From an uncultured virus (IMG/VR IMGVR_UViG_3300030098_002348) (taxonomy: Duplodnaviria; Heunggongvirae; Uroviricota; Caudoviricetes), in IMG/VR virus record IMGVR_UViG_3300030098_002348: a stretch of DNA of 64,000 nt. One strand, 5' to 3'. Of this stretch, positions 54,726 through 64,000 are shown one piece after another. A program made the position numbers and the translations under genes. Positions within the stretch are counted from its first letter, which is position 1, and each line of letters starts with the position of its first letter. The notes under the pieces were generated by a model, which was not told the origin of the DNA, ran no database searches, and saw only the letters and a list, made by a program, of their open reading frames with translations.

Positions 54726-55354
54726 CTAAACGGCCATCCTAAATTCCATATAACTAAACTATATCTTGATCCTTTTTTAACAGGACATACTCTGTGCCAC
54801 ACGAAACTTGGAAAAACCACTAAAGAACCTTTAGGTAATATTTCTGTGCATTTTTTTATGTTTCGTTTTTTATCTGGATCTGTGTTTCTAAAATCAAATT
54901 CTAACTCACCACCTTTGTAGTCTTTTGGATCTGACAAAGAAGCTGTTACAGATAATTTTCTTATCTTACCATGGTAAGGATCTTGTGTGTTTTGTACTTG
55001 GTAAGGTTTTTCCCAACTATCACAATGCCAATCATAAAATTGACCCTTTTCATATTTTGTAAATTGACAAGCCTCAGAAAAATCCCAAGTAAAATTCCAA
55101 CCTGCTTCTGTATTTGCTAGATTAATATATGGTTGTATTTCATTGTAAATCCACCTATCACTCATCCACACAATATTAGAATCTCTTTTTTGTTTTAAAT
55201 CTTTAATTTGTTTTTTATTTAATTTTTTAGAATTATTAAAACCACCTGTAACGGCTATTTCATCAGAAATAGATTTACCATATCTAACTATTTCATCACA
55301 TATTCTTTCAGGTATTGCAGATTTATAATACCAGTAGTAATTTGTTAAGTTCAT
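54722..55354 (-). CDS. 2OG-Fe(II) oxygenase (PKHD-type hydroxylase-like)
   Basis: QFTKY..GQFYDWHCD, RKLS, Y.GGEL, FPSF.WHRV.PV..G.RYSLV.W. Confidence 0.88.
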   Translation of the reverse strand: MNLTNYYWYYKSAIPERICDEIVRYGKSISDEIAVTGGFNNSKKLNKKQIKDLKQKRDSNIVWMSDRWIYNEIQPYINLANTEAGWNFTWDFSEACQFTKYEKGQFYDWHCDSWEKPYQVQNTQDPYHGKIRKLSVTASLSDPKDYKGGELEFDFRNTDPDKKRNIKKCTEILPKGSLVVFPSFVWHRVCPVKKGSRYSLVIWNLGWPFR

Positions 55355-55383
55355 ATATCTTTATGAACTTAATATAACATTTG

Positions 55384-57249
55384 TTATGAGACTGTCAATG
55401 TTCCAGTTACTGTAAATGTAGCTATTTTCTCTCCCGTAGGACTATGAGTTGTAGATGAATTAGTACCAGGTGTTACCTCAAAAGTAACTGAACTCGGACC
55501 CCTTACTACAACTATTCCTGATCCACCAGCTCCAGCACATCTTCCAGAGGCAGCACCGCCACCTCCACCACCACCGCCAGTGTTAGCGCTTCCAGCTTGT
55601 GCGGCAACTCCAGGGTCATTAGCTGATCCATTACCTCCACCACCAGAACCACCTTGAGTTGGTAATGGTTGTGGGGGACTTCCTGGGTGGTCTTTTGTAC
55701 CACCACCTCCACCACCTCTAGTGACTGATGAGCCTGTAATAGATGATGCTAAACCATTTCCTCCAGAACCACTTGGTCCCGGTCCTCCAGCTGCACCGGC
55801 ACCACCACCGCCTCCAGCTGTGCCTTCTGGTGTACCAGAAGCAACACCTCCTGGAAAACCTTGATTTGCAGTTCCAGCACCAACAGCAGGTGCTGAGGTT
55901 TCACATCTACCAGCTCCACCACCAGAACCTCCAGCAACACCAGCACGAGGAGGGGCTCCTCCACCACCTCCACCACCACCGGTTGAAGTTATAGTTGAAA
56001 ATACTGAATTAGTACCGCTACCGCCATCTGCGCCTGGCGCAGAATCTGGACCTGCTGCACCACCAGCTCCGACTGTAATATCATGAGTACCAGCACCTAA
56101 AAAAATTTGTGCTTCTGTGCTTGCACTTGGTCCACCTGGAGTTTCACTTCCAAAAGAATTTCTATATCCTCCAGCACCACCTCCACCGCCTGGAGTTCCA
56201 CCTCCGCCTCCGCCGGCGATTACTAAGAAACTTACATCAAAACCTTTTGCTGGCCAAGTTCCACATTTTACTGCTTGAAACTGTGATTGCATTGACCATA
56301 CACCAGTTGCTTTATCTAATTCTTTAATTGCTGCAACACCAGATCCTCCGGCTGCTCCTGCATAACTATTAATATTTCCTGGTGGTCCACTACCAGGATA
56401 AAATACACTTCCTCCACCACCTCCACCACCAGTGTTGGCTGTGCCTGCTGTTCCAGCTTCTCCTGTTATAGGGCCATCAGGTGCATTACCAGCGGGACCT
56501 CCGCCACCGGCTCCGCCTAAACCACCTCTTGTGTTTTGGTAAGTGGGTGTTCCATAAGAACCTGAACCACCGCCACCACCACCGACTTTACAACTTGATA
56601 AAAAGGGTTGACCTGGAAAAGCTGTTGGGGCTATTCCAACACCACCGGCTCCAGCATTACCTCCAGGTGTAGTAGATGCATTTCCACCGGCACCTCCCGC
56701 ACCACCACCTCCGCCACCACCTTGGATGTTGGGTGATGAACAATTACCTTTACCACCTGGGTTACCAAAATTTCCTGGTTGAGGGGGAGTATTACCTGAT
56801 GCGCCACAAGCGTTAGCTGTTGAAGCTCCACCACCACCCGAGCCACCTGCTTGTGCAGTGCATGTTGCTTCATAACCACCTCTACCACCACCTTCTGAAG
56901 TGTATGTAGTTCCGCATGCAACTATTGTTGAATCTGTTCCTGAAGCTCCGCCACCACTACTTGGTCCAGCAGCTCCACCACCACCAATTGTGGTTGCAAT
57001 TGTTGCTCCACCAGTTGTAGGTAAATTAAATTCTCTTACACCGCCAGCTCCACCACCACCGCCTCTTTGACCTGGACCTCCGCCACCACCTGCAACTAAT
57101 AATGCAGTTATTTCTCTAGTTCCTGGCTGTGTAACATTTGAAAAATCTCCACTTGAGGTTCTTGTTTGAACAGTGCATTTTCCAAAAGAAGTTTTATTAG
57201 AAACTCCTATTACACCACCATTTGCTGAGCCAGATTTATTTCTAGGCAT
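55384..57249 (-). CDS. Glycine-rich tail fibre/adhesin with two tandem Gly-rich domains
   Basis: 621 aa; two LV.AGGGGG...ANTGGGGGG...GGSG.V units. Confidence 0.75.
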   Translation of the reverse strand: MPRNKSGSANGGVIGVSNKTSFGKCTVQTRTSSGDFSNVTQPGTREITALLVAGGGGGPGQRGGGGGAGGVREFNLPTTGGATIATTIGGGGAAGPSSGGGASGTDSTIVACGTTYTSEGGGRGGYEATCTAQAGGSGGGGASTANACGASGNTPPQPGNFGNPGGKGNCSSPNIQGGGGGGGAGGAGGNASTTPGGNAGAGGVGIAPTAFPGQPFLSSCKVGGGGGGSGSYGTPTYQNTRGGLGGAGGGGPAGNAPDGPITGEAGTAGTANTGGGGGGGSVFYPGSGPPGNINSYAGAAGGSGVAAIKELDKATGVWSMQSQFQAVKCGTWPAKGFDVSFLVIAGGGGGGTPGGGGGAGGYRNSFGSETPGGPSASTEAQIFLGAGTHDITVGAGGAAGPDSAPGADGGSGTNSVFSTITSTGGGGGGGGAPPRAGVAGGSGGGAGRCETSAPAVGAGTANQGFPGGVASGTPEGTAGGGGGAGAAGGPGPSGSGGNGLASSITGSSVTRGGGGGGTKDHPGSPPQPLPTQGGSGGGGNGSANDPGVAAQAGSANTGGGGGGGGAASGRCAGAGGSGIVVVRGPSSVTFEVTPGTNSSTTHSPTGEKIATFTVTGTLTVS

Positions 57250-57258
57250 TGTGTCCTC

Positions 57259-57750
57259 CTATGCGGACACCCAAGCTGTGCCGTTCCAATCGTAAATTGT
57301 TTTGGTTTCCGCTGTATCGTCTGATTTAGTTGCTTCCCAACCTTTAGTGTTGTCAGCTTCGTATTTTGTTTCGTTCCACTTAATTATATAAAACCAAGTT
57401 GGTGGAGATTCGCCGTCATTTTCTATAGATGGATATGTTATTGGTGCTTGCCAATCGTCGTTATCATCTAAAGACCATGAAGCAAAAGGTTGTGGTTCTA
57501 AAAATTTGTCTTTTACAGGATCATAAATATCTCCAATGCCTGCATATTTTTTTCTAAAATTATTATTGTAAGAAGTTTGTTTCCAATCACCACCTTTGAA
57601 AAAATTAACACACCAAGTTTCTCCGTCAGGGTGCATGTCTGAAGGAACACAGTCGTTTCCAACAACTACAACTCTTTGTACTACTTGATGTGAATCTGAT
57701 GTAAATCCAGTAGGATCTGTCATTGTTTTTAATTCTGCGAAATGTGCCAT
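57259..57750 (-). CDS. Tail-fibre-associated protein, copy 2
   Basis: Homologue of 479..997. Confidence 0.65.
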   Translation of the reverse strand: MAHFAELKTMTDPTGFTSDSHQVVQRVVVVGNDCVPSDMHPDGETWCVNFFKGGDWKQTSYNNNFRKKYAGIGDIYDPVKDKFLEPQPFASWSLDDNDDWQAPITYPSIENDGESPPTWFYIIKWNETKYEADNTKGWEATKSDDTAETKTIYDWNGTAWVSA

Positions 57751-57769
57751 ATTTATACTCCTTTTATCT

Positions 57770-57798
57770 TATATACAAAATAATTTTGTTATAGTCAA
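57770..57798 (-). promoter_or_regulatory. Sigma70-like promoter TTGACT-N17-TATATA
   Basis: Intergenic, upstream of 57259..57750. Confidence 0.5.
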
Positions 57799-58725
57799 TT
57801 AAGTGTTAGTCCAATTACCAGCTTTTACAAAGTCATATACTGTGTTTAAATCCCAAATTCCTGGTGCAGCCGCCGCTCGACCCTGTTGTTTTACAACAAC
57901 AACACCAGATCCACCATTACCGCCAGATCCTGGGTTAGCATCTCCGTCTCCACCACCTCCACCACCAGTGTTAGTCGAACCATTACCACCGCCAGTTCCA
58001 GGATAAGATCTAGATCCTGCTCCACCACCACCTGTTCCTCCAGGGGCTCCAGAACATCCTTTATTTCCACCGCCACCACCACCTGCAACTGCAGGTATAG
58101 GTGAACCTGGAAAAGTTGAACTTATGTCAACACCTGCTCCACCAGCAGCTGGAGCACTAGTATAATTAAATCCTGCTTGAGTAGCACCACCGCCACCACC
58201 ACCGCCGTGATCGCCACCACTTACACCTCCACCTGGATTTCCTTGAGGAGGACTCACCGGAGGGGTATTTCCTGCTCCTCCTGCAGCGCAAGCAGAGCTT
58301 CCTCCACCTCCACCACCAGAACCGCCGGCATTTCCAGCTCTTCCTCCGGGCTCTTGTGATCCACCACCTCCACCGCCATGGGAAGTATATGTTGTGCATG
58401 AAACAACAAATGATGAGTTGCTTCCTGAATTACCAACGTTATTTCCTCCAACTCCACTACCTCCACCACCAATAGTGACAGCTCCCAAAGCAGCACCGCC
58501 GCTAACTGAAACACATGTAAATGATCTATAGCCACCAGCTCCACCGCCGCCGCCTCTTTTTCCTGAACCGCCAGCTCCTCCTGCAACTACAATAAAATCT
58601 ATTTTTGAAGTTACTGGATTAGTTGTAACAGCTGAGGGTGTACTTGAAGTTACAGTTGTAATAATATCAGAAGTGCTAGGTGTAACACTTTGTGTTGGTC
58701 CAATTACTCCGCCATTTCCAGCCAT
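57799..58725 (-). CDS. Glycine-rich tail fibre/adhesin, copy 2
   Basis: Diverged homologue of 1035..2000. Confidence 0.75.
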   Translation of the reverse strand: MAGNGGVIGPTQSVTPSTSDIITTVTSSTPSAVTTNPVTSKIDFIVVAGGAGGSGKRGGGGGAGGYRSFTCVSVSGGAALGAVTIGGGGSGVGGNNVGNSGSNSSFVVSCTTYTSHGGGGGGSQEPGGRAGNAGGSGGGGGGSSACAAGGAGNTPPVSPPQGNPGGGVSGGDHGGGGGGGATQAGFNYTSAPAAGGAGVDISSTFPGSPIPAVAGGGGGGNKGCSGAPGGTGGGGAGSRSYPGTGGGNGSTNTGGGGGGDGDANPGSGGNGGSGVVVVKQQGRAAAAPGIWDLNTVYDFVKAGNWTNT

Positions 58726-58737
58726 AATTTAAACCTC

Positions 58738-59127
58738 CTACGCGTCGTCTAATACTTCATATGATAAGAATAAATCTAAGTCTCCTGAAGCACTTGCTCC
58801 ACCTTTTAAGATATCACCTTCCATAAGATAGATAGGTGTATCCGCAATGACTAACGTTGCGTCAGCCGGAACGGAAACTGTTTTTGCTAAGTAAACGGTT
58901 GCAGATCCTGTAGCAGTGATTCCTGCTGCTCCATTACCTAAACCATCAACAAATAAATCGACGTTAGCTGCAGAACTTCCATCTACGTTTGCAACTGTTA
59001 TTCTGTTTATTTTTAAAATTTTATCAGAAGCAACCGTTAATAAAGTTGCAGTAGTTGTGTTAGATAAATTAAAACCTAAATTACCGCCACTAATTGTTGC
59101 TACATTTACTAGATTTGGATTTGCCAT
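58738..59127 (-). CDS. Small virion structural protein, copy 2
   Basis: Homologue of 2013..2408. Confidence 0.6.
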   Translation of the reverse strand: MANPNLVNVATISGGNLGFNLSNTTTATLLTVASDKILKINRITVANVDGSSAANVDLFVDGLGNGAAGITATGSATVYLAKTVSVPADATLVIADTPIYLMEGDILKGGASASGDLDLFLSYEVLDDA

Positions 59128-59139
59128 AATTGTCTCCTT

Positions 59140-59793
59140 TTATCCGAAAATTAAAGCCATTGCAATAGCTTTTCCTGTTGTTATTCCTGCACTAGCAAAA
59201 GATAGTGTCCCAGCTCCATCAGAAACTAAGGCTTGACCAGACGCTGTAGCATCTGCACTAGGTAGGGTTAATGTTACGCTAGAACCAATGGTTGCTGGCG
59301 CTTTTAAAGCAAAGAAATTAGAATCATCTGCATCCTTAAATTTTAAAGGGTTTTGATTAGATAATCCTATTTCTGAGGAATCAGCTAATACGTCTACAAT
59401 ATTAGTTCCATCAGAATATACTATTTTGTGTCCTTTATCTGTTGTTGCCCAAGTAGTTCCAGTTCCTGTTACAGTTTTTAATTGAACTGTTTGAGCCCCT
59501 GTTGAACCATTGTGAGCTATATAAAAATTTTCTACGCCGTCAGTAACAGTAACCACAGCTGATCCTGTTAATGAACCTGTTAATTTCCAAACTCTATTTG
59601 CAATAGTTGCACCAGTTCCACCATCTGTTTTTGCCAAAGTAACTGTACCACCACTTGTTAAAGCTTGTTCTTGATATCCACCTGAAATTTGTTGTACTAT
59701 TTGTAAATTAGTGTTTGTTTTATTTCCCCATGTACCGGCGTTTTCACCAGTAGCCATTAGTTCAATACCTAAATTCGTAAAACTTGATGCCAT
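59140..59793 (-). CDS. Virion structural/tail fibre protein, copy 2
   Basis: Homologue of 2421..3074. Confidence 0.65.
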   Translation of the reverse strand: MASSFTNLGIELMATGENAGTWGNKTNTNLQIVQQISGGYQEQALTSGGTVTLAKTDGGTGATIANRVWKLTGSLTGSAVVTVTDGVENFYIAHNGSTGAQTVQLKTVTGTGTTWATTDKGHKIVYSDGTNIVDVLADSSEIGLSNQNPLKFKDADDSNFFALKAPATIGSSVTLTLPSADATASGQALVSDGAGTLSFASAGITTGKAIAMALIFG

Positions 59794-59801
59794 AATTTCT
59801 C

Positions 59802-61127
59802 CTACGCTGCGTTAACATCTGTATATGATGTATTTCCTTCAAGGTCAACATTATTATAACTTGTATTTCCGTCAATATCAACATTAACATATGCTCTAAT
59901 TCCTAATTGTCCAACACTAGATGTTGCTTCTAAACTAGGTAATCCTACAGTAATTTGATCTGGCGAAATAGCTCCTACAGCAGAAGTTCCTACTCCAGCT
60001 GTGCTTATTGGCACCACTATTTCAGGAACAATTGAGCCCACGCTACTTGTAGCTACTTGACCCGATAGAACTTGACCTATTGTTTCTCCTATAGATCCTA
60101 CACTAGCTGTTAAACCACTTGGAGCAGTTAATCCAATTTCTACTGCATCAAGAATTATACCACCAGCACTAGCCGTTGCTCCACTTGGAGCTGTTATAGG
60201 AACCACTATTTCTTCTACGAATGATCCAACTGATGCTGTTGCTCCACTTGGAGCTGTTATAGGAACTGTTATTTGTGTAGTTATAGACCCTACACTTGAA
60301 GTTGCTTCACTTGGAGCTGTAAGTCCAACAGCCATTTGAACTGTTGTTAAAGAACCAACACTTACTGATGCACCTACTCCAGCAGGTTGAACTAAATCAT
60401 TAAATGAATCTCCATAAGGTTCTTCACCCCAACCGTTTCTACCCCATCCAACTAATGTTCCTGCATTTTCAAACTCACCCACTTCTGCAGTCATTTGAGT
60501 TGGTGCTGTTAATTCTAGAGTAAGTCCACTAGCCCCCCAGTTTTCCACACCCCAAGAATCAGATCCCCAACCTGTTTCAGAAAATGCATCTACTGAACCT
60601 ACTGCAGATGATAAACTAGAAGGTGCTGTTAATGTAAGATCAACAGAATTTTGATCGCCCCATTCATTTTGACCCCATTGCAACATTCCCCATGCATTTG
60701 CATCTACGGTGTTTGCAGTCCATCCCATTCCAGAGTGGTAGTTACAATAATAATAAAGAGTTGGTGCAGATGAAGCAACAGTAATACTTATTTCTCTTGT
60801 AGTTGCTCCATTAAAATTAGATAAATTTACATATTCACTTTTTGTTTTTGTAACACCATCTAGTTTATAAACAACTCCGGTCTCATAAGTGGTGCCTCCG
60901 CCATGTGTTCCATTTGCGGTTGCAGAAAATAATAATGGATGCCCATCTACTGAGCTATCAGAGAGATCAAATTTATATGTATAACCTTCCGCAAGATATA
61001 AAGTTACATCTGCAGTCGCAGTTGAACCATTTATTGCATACTTATTAGATGAACCAAAGTTGTGATATGGGTGATTTGATGGATTACCGCCAACAACCGT
61101 GACTGCAAATGTTCGGATTTCCGACAT
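59802..61127 (-). CDS. Repeat-rich virion protein with extra N-terminal cupredoxin-like domain, copy 2
   Basis: Homologue of 3085..4065 plus ~140 aa containing GHPL and LYYYCNYHSGMG. Confidence 0.65.
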   Translation of the reverse strand: MSEIRTFAVTVVGGNPSNHPYHNFGSSNKYAINGSTATADVTLYLAEGYTYKFDLSDSSVDGHPLLFSATANGTHGGGTTYETGVVYKLDGVTKTKSEYVNLSNFNGATTREISITVASSAPTLYYYCNYHSGMGWTANTVDANAWGMLQWGQNEWGDQNSVDLTLTAPSSLSSAVGSVDAFSETGWGSDSWGVENWGASGLTLELTAPTQMTAEVGEFENAGTLVGWGRNGWGEEPYGDSFNDLVQPAGVGASVSVGSLTTVQMAVGLTAPSEATSSVGSITTQITVPITAPSGATASVGSFVEEIVVPITAPSGATASAGGIILDAVEIGLTAPSGLTASVGSIGETIGQVLSGQVATSSVGSIVPEIVVPISTAGVGTSAVGAISPDQITVGLPSLEATSSVGQLGIRAYVNVDIDGNTSYNNVDLEGNTSYTDVNAA

Positions 61128-61140
61128 AAGGATTTACCCC

Positions 61141-61572
61141 TTATGCTATTCGAACTATAGCTGTTGTGGCTGCTGCGTTTGGAAACTGGATCGTAAACGT
61201 TCCTGAAGAAACTGTTTTGTCCCCTCCAAAAGCTACTGCACAAACTGCAGGGTCTCCAGTTGCAGAATCATTAAATATTAAACATCCATTAGCTGTAAAC
61301 GTTGCAGACGTAAAACTAGTATCTGCAAAATCACAAACTGCTGTTGTGCCATCTGCTACAGGTGTAACACTTGTTAAGGTGTTTCCTTTTGCAGTGTATC
61401 CAGTACCTGTGATTTCTTCAGATGTTGTGTATGCAGTTGTTCCTGCGCCTAAAGTTGCAGAACTTGTGTAAAGAGCTAATCTAAATGTATTACCAGTAGA
61501 AGCTGTGAAGTTGTGAACTCCTTTTAAAATTTCTACTTTAAAACTTGTGCATATTGCCGATGTTATTGCCAT
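61141..61572 (-). CDS. Virion structural protein, copy 2
   Basis: Homologue of 4080..4511. Confidence 0.65.
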   Translation of the reverse strand: MAITSAICTSFKVEILKGVHNFTASTGNTFRLALYTSSATLGAGTTAYTTSEEITGTGYTAKGNTLTSVTPVADGTTAVCDFADTSFTSATFTANGCLIFNDSATGDPAVCAVAFGGDKTVSSGTFTIQFPNAAATTAIVRIA

Positions 61573-61585
61573 AGTTGTTCTCCTG

Positions 61586-62338
61586 TTACGGTGAAGGTGA
61601 CTGCACTGGTATTCTTACTGTTCCATCAGTGTAATCATCTCTTCTACGTCTTCCGATTTGCACTCCTGCAAACTTCTGTACCTCTTGTTTATATTTATTT
61701 TCGTATAATGTCAACATGTCTGCGGGACCTTTTAAAAAGCCATATGCCTCGACTAAACATGCATATAATAGCCCACTTGGAAAATACTGGCTAATATATG
61801 TTCCACTTGTTTCTGTAACCAAGCTTTTGGGCATCATTGTATAGTAGATTCTAAACTTATAATTTTGATCAGGGGTAGGAGCTACATACATGCCACCAGA
61901 TGTCGTGCTAGTTGTTCCAGTTGCTCCACCAAACATGGCGTAATATTTAGGTAAACCAGTAGTATCTTGATTTGTTAAATCACCCTCTGTGCCAGTTAAA
62001 CGTCCTACATACTCTGATAAATATGTTTGATCTTTCTTTTCTAACCAAACACCCTGACCAGTGGTAGCTGAGGTTGAGTTGAACACTTCAATTCCTCTAA
62101 CAAATACTGCACCTGTAGCACCTTTAGTGCCTTTACCAGGGACGTTTATATTATTATCATCTGCCACCAATTGGCCTTCACTTACAAATCTATAAGCATC
62201 AATTGGAACATCATAAAAAATTCTAAATTCAGCATCTTCAATAAACCTATTTATAATAGCTGCTGTTAATACACTATCTCCTACTTCTGTGTAGTTTCTA
62301 ATATCGGTTACTAAATTTGCGTAATTAAATCCTGACAT
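61586..62338 (-). CDS. Head-tail adaptor-like protein, copy 2
   Basis: Homologue of 4525..5277. Confidence 0.6.
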   Translation of the reverse strand: MSGFNYANLVTDIRNYTEVGDSVLTAAIINRFIEDAEFRIFYDVPIDAYRFVSEGQLVADDNNINVPGKGTKGATGAVFVRGIEVFNSTSATTGQGVWLEKKDQTYLSEYVGRLTGTEGDLTNQDTTGLPKYYAMFGGATGTTSTTSGGMYVAPTPDQNYKFRIYYTMMPKSLVTETSGTYISQYFPSGLLYACLVEAYGFLKGPADMLTLYENKYKQEVQKFAGVQIGRRRRDDYTDGTVRIPVQSPSP

Positions 62339-62341
62339 AAT

Positions 62342-63172
62342 TTATGCTCTTTGATTTACAGGTCCTGCAAATGCAAAGAATCCTCCTCCTGTTTCCGTGC
62401 TCGCTGCATTCGATACTAAACTAATAGTAAATTTATTACTATAGCTCTGAGTTGAATTTGCATCATTTGTAGCTGTCTCAGAAACTTTTGTTATTATATA
62501 CGATCCAAAAACTTTTGCACCTGAATTATGACTAGATGCTGTGGTATTTGAATAAGTTCTACCATATGCAGGGGCCGAAGTTCCTCTAACACACCCTGTT
62601 AAATTATTGCTAGATCTACCAGTATATTCAATAGTTTCGTCCTCAATATCTCCAAAATTTGGTGAACTAGAATCAGTATTTGTTTTTTTAATAACAATAA
62701 AACCACTAGTTGGAAACTCACTTGCATCCGTTAAAGTTATTGTTGTAGCGTCTGACGTAATATTACCGTTTAAGGTAGTCTCTAATTGAAGTGTGTTGAT
62801 AGCTACACCTCCAACTGGTTTTTTAACTTCAGTGAATCTTAGAGCATCTCCCGTGGACCAAGGATTACTATCCTGTAATACCTCATTCTCACCCGTAAAA
62901 ACTGTTACAGTTTTAGATGCAGCCGTCATGACAAACGGATTATTTCTTAAAACAATAGGTGTAGGAAAAGCTGTTCTACTTGGTTTTGGATGTTGTAAAG
63001 CTTGTGGGTCAGCGCTAGTAGGTAATGGTTGTAGCTGTGGTTGTTTTGGTTCAAACTCAGATATGTGAACCCAAGAACCATTCCATTCTTGAACCATTTC
63101 GGTATATGGAAATCTTAGACCAGATCGGTCTGAAATCATGTATGCATATTTTCCAGATGCAAAACTTCCCAC
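62342..63172 (-). CDS. Virion structural protein, copy 2
   Basis: Homologue of 5281..6066 with a 15-aa insertion (KKTNTDSSSPNFGDI). Confidence 0.6.
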   Translation of the reverse strand: MGSFASGKYAYMISDRSGLRFPYTEMVQEWNGSWVHISEFEPKQPQLQPLPTSADPQALQHPKPSRTAFPTPIVLRNNPFVMTAASKTVTVFTGENEVLQDSNPWSTGDALRFTEVKKPVGGVAINTLQLETTLNGNITSDATTITLTDASEFPTSGFIVIKKTNTDSSSPNFGDIEDETIEYTGRSSNNLTGCVRGTSAPAYGRTYSNTTASSHNSGAKVFGSYIITKVSETATNDANSTQSYSNKFTISLVSNAASTETGGGFFAFAGPVNQRA

Positions 63173-64000
63173 TAGCCTACCTCCGGATAATATACTTTTG
63201 GACTAATAAATGTGCTTACTGGAGATCCGTCTTCTGCAAGAGCTCTAGCAAGTTCATCCTCATACAATAGTTTTAACTCTTGCACTCTTTGTGGAGCATA
63301 TTTAATTGCAAGATAATAGGCTAAGCCTGAAGTCATGCAAGGGACAAATCTAAACGGCACATCTGTAGCGTTAGTATAAGCACCAACATCCTGTATTCTT
63401 TGTGTGTAATAAAAATTTATACAATATCCAGTTTGAGCTTGTGTGCTACCGGGAGTTAAATATAAAGTTATAGTGACTCTATCTATAAATCTTTGTACAA
63501 AATATTGACTCGGTGTTCCTTTATCTGTCTTATTTGAAAAAGCTTGATATTGCGATCTACTAATTTTTGTGAGTGGCGCATCTACATTTTGATCGTTTCG
63601 ATAATTAGCTTCTAATACATCATTAACACCAGGAGCAAATTGTAAAACACTATCACCAGAAGTATGGGTAGCTGCAGTTGTACCATTAACACCTCTAACA
63701 CATCCAGTTAAATTTGAAGAAGATATTGCTGAATAAGTTATCTCTTCATCATTTATTTTTACAATTCCTGATGAAGCAAGATTAGCGACAGAAGCTAAAC
63801 CAATAGTTGTGACTGTTGCATTTATACCTGCAGATAAAGTTGTTGTGATACCTGCGCTTGTGCCATCACTTGGTGCTCTAAACAAAATATATTCTGCTTG
63901 TCCATCCACCATTTTAATACTTTGATTTTTAACTTCCCAATAGTGTAGACCTCTGTTACCCCATTCAGAAAAAAGAATATTTAAAGATCTTCTGGCTGTT
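63172..64000 (-). CDS. Head-tail adaptor, copy 2 (5'-truncated by window)
   Basis: Homologue of 6066..7010; frame continues past the window end. Confidence 0.65.
   Translation of the reverse strand, partial: TARRSLNILFSEWGNRGLHYWEVKNQSIKMVDGQAEYILFRAPSDGTSAGITTTLSAGINATVTTIGLASVANLASSGIVKINDEEITYSAISSSNLTGCVRGVNGTTAATHTSGDSVLQFAPGVNDVLEANYRNDQNVDAPLTKISRSQYQAFSNKTDKGTPSQYFVQRFIDRVTITLYLTPGSTQAQTGYCINFYYTQRIQDVGAYTNATDVPFRFVPCMTSGLAYYLAIKYAPQRVQELKLLYEDELARALAEDGSPVSTFISPKVYYPEVG

Noticed and set aside
55384..58725. Diversity-generating retroelement or invertase shufflon acting on fibre genes
   Set aside because: No reverse transcriptase, invertase or adenine-specific TR/VR pair seen
810..63270. 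Many plus-strand ORFs antisense to structural genes (e.g. 9160..9528, 14860..15474, 45030..45557) and alternative-frame ORFs in Gly-rich genes
   Set aside because: Shadow frames caused by codon bias; no SD or recognisable motifs
56800..64000. Long direct terminal repeat or tandem prophage
   Set aside because: Copies differ by many substitutions, indels and a gene replacement and are separated by an N gap; no host genes, att sites or integrase are visible
1..64000. Alternative genetic code, or introns/inteins in terL or polA
   Set aside because: Core genes are full length and uninterrupted under the standard code

Overview
The window is almost entirely a low-GC, tailed dsDNA phage with a podovirus-like virion module. 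It holds about one full ~57 kb genome plus ~7 kb of a second, clearly diverged copy of the tail/adaptor module: 1-6900 is homologous to ~56800-64000, and the two are joined by a 10-N scaffold gap at 7353-7362, so this is most likely a scaffold of two related strains. Gene content: family A DNA polymerase, AEP primase, UvrD and SNF2 helicases, P22-like portal, TerL/TerS, a 'MAISRNQLVKELEPGLNALFG' capsid, GroES, Gly-rich fibres, five 2OG-Fe(II) oxygenases and an M15 endolysin. From memory this resembles marine SAR11-infecting phages of the HTVC023P/37-F6 type; that is inference, not a search result. I saw no integrase, RNA polymerase, tRNA or CRISPR. The most striking unexplained signals lie in the 22-26.6 kb control region: (i) a ~500 nt GC-rich, densely base-paired plus-strand element with its own promoter and a 25-T tail (candidate large phage ncRNA); (ii) a perfect Irr iron-control element (TTTAGAA-N3-TTCTAAA) immediately upstream of the promoter of a Cys-rich, Fe-S-like gp88-family gene; (iii) recurring TGGGA operator-like repeats over several promoters; (iv) CAAGC and TTGTACC repeat clusters (pac/origin candidates). 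Elsewhere there is a translationally coupled cluster of about a dozen tiny, mostly very basic proteins, a shared hydrophobic-x-x-GG-x-hydrophobic peptide tag in about 11 proteins, and an optional cupredoxin-like domain that differs between the two tail-module copies. All product calls come from motif recognition by eye.
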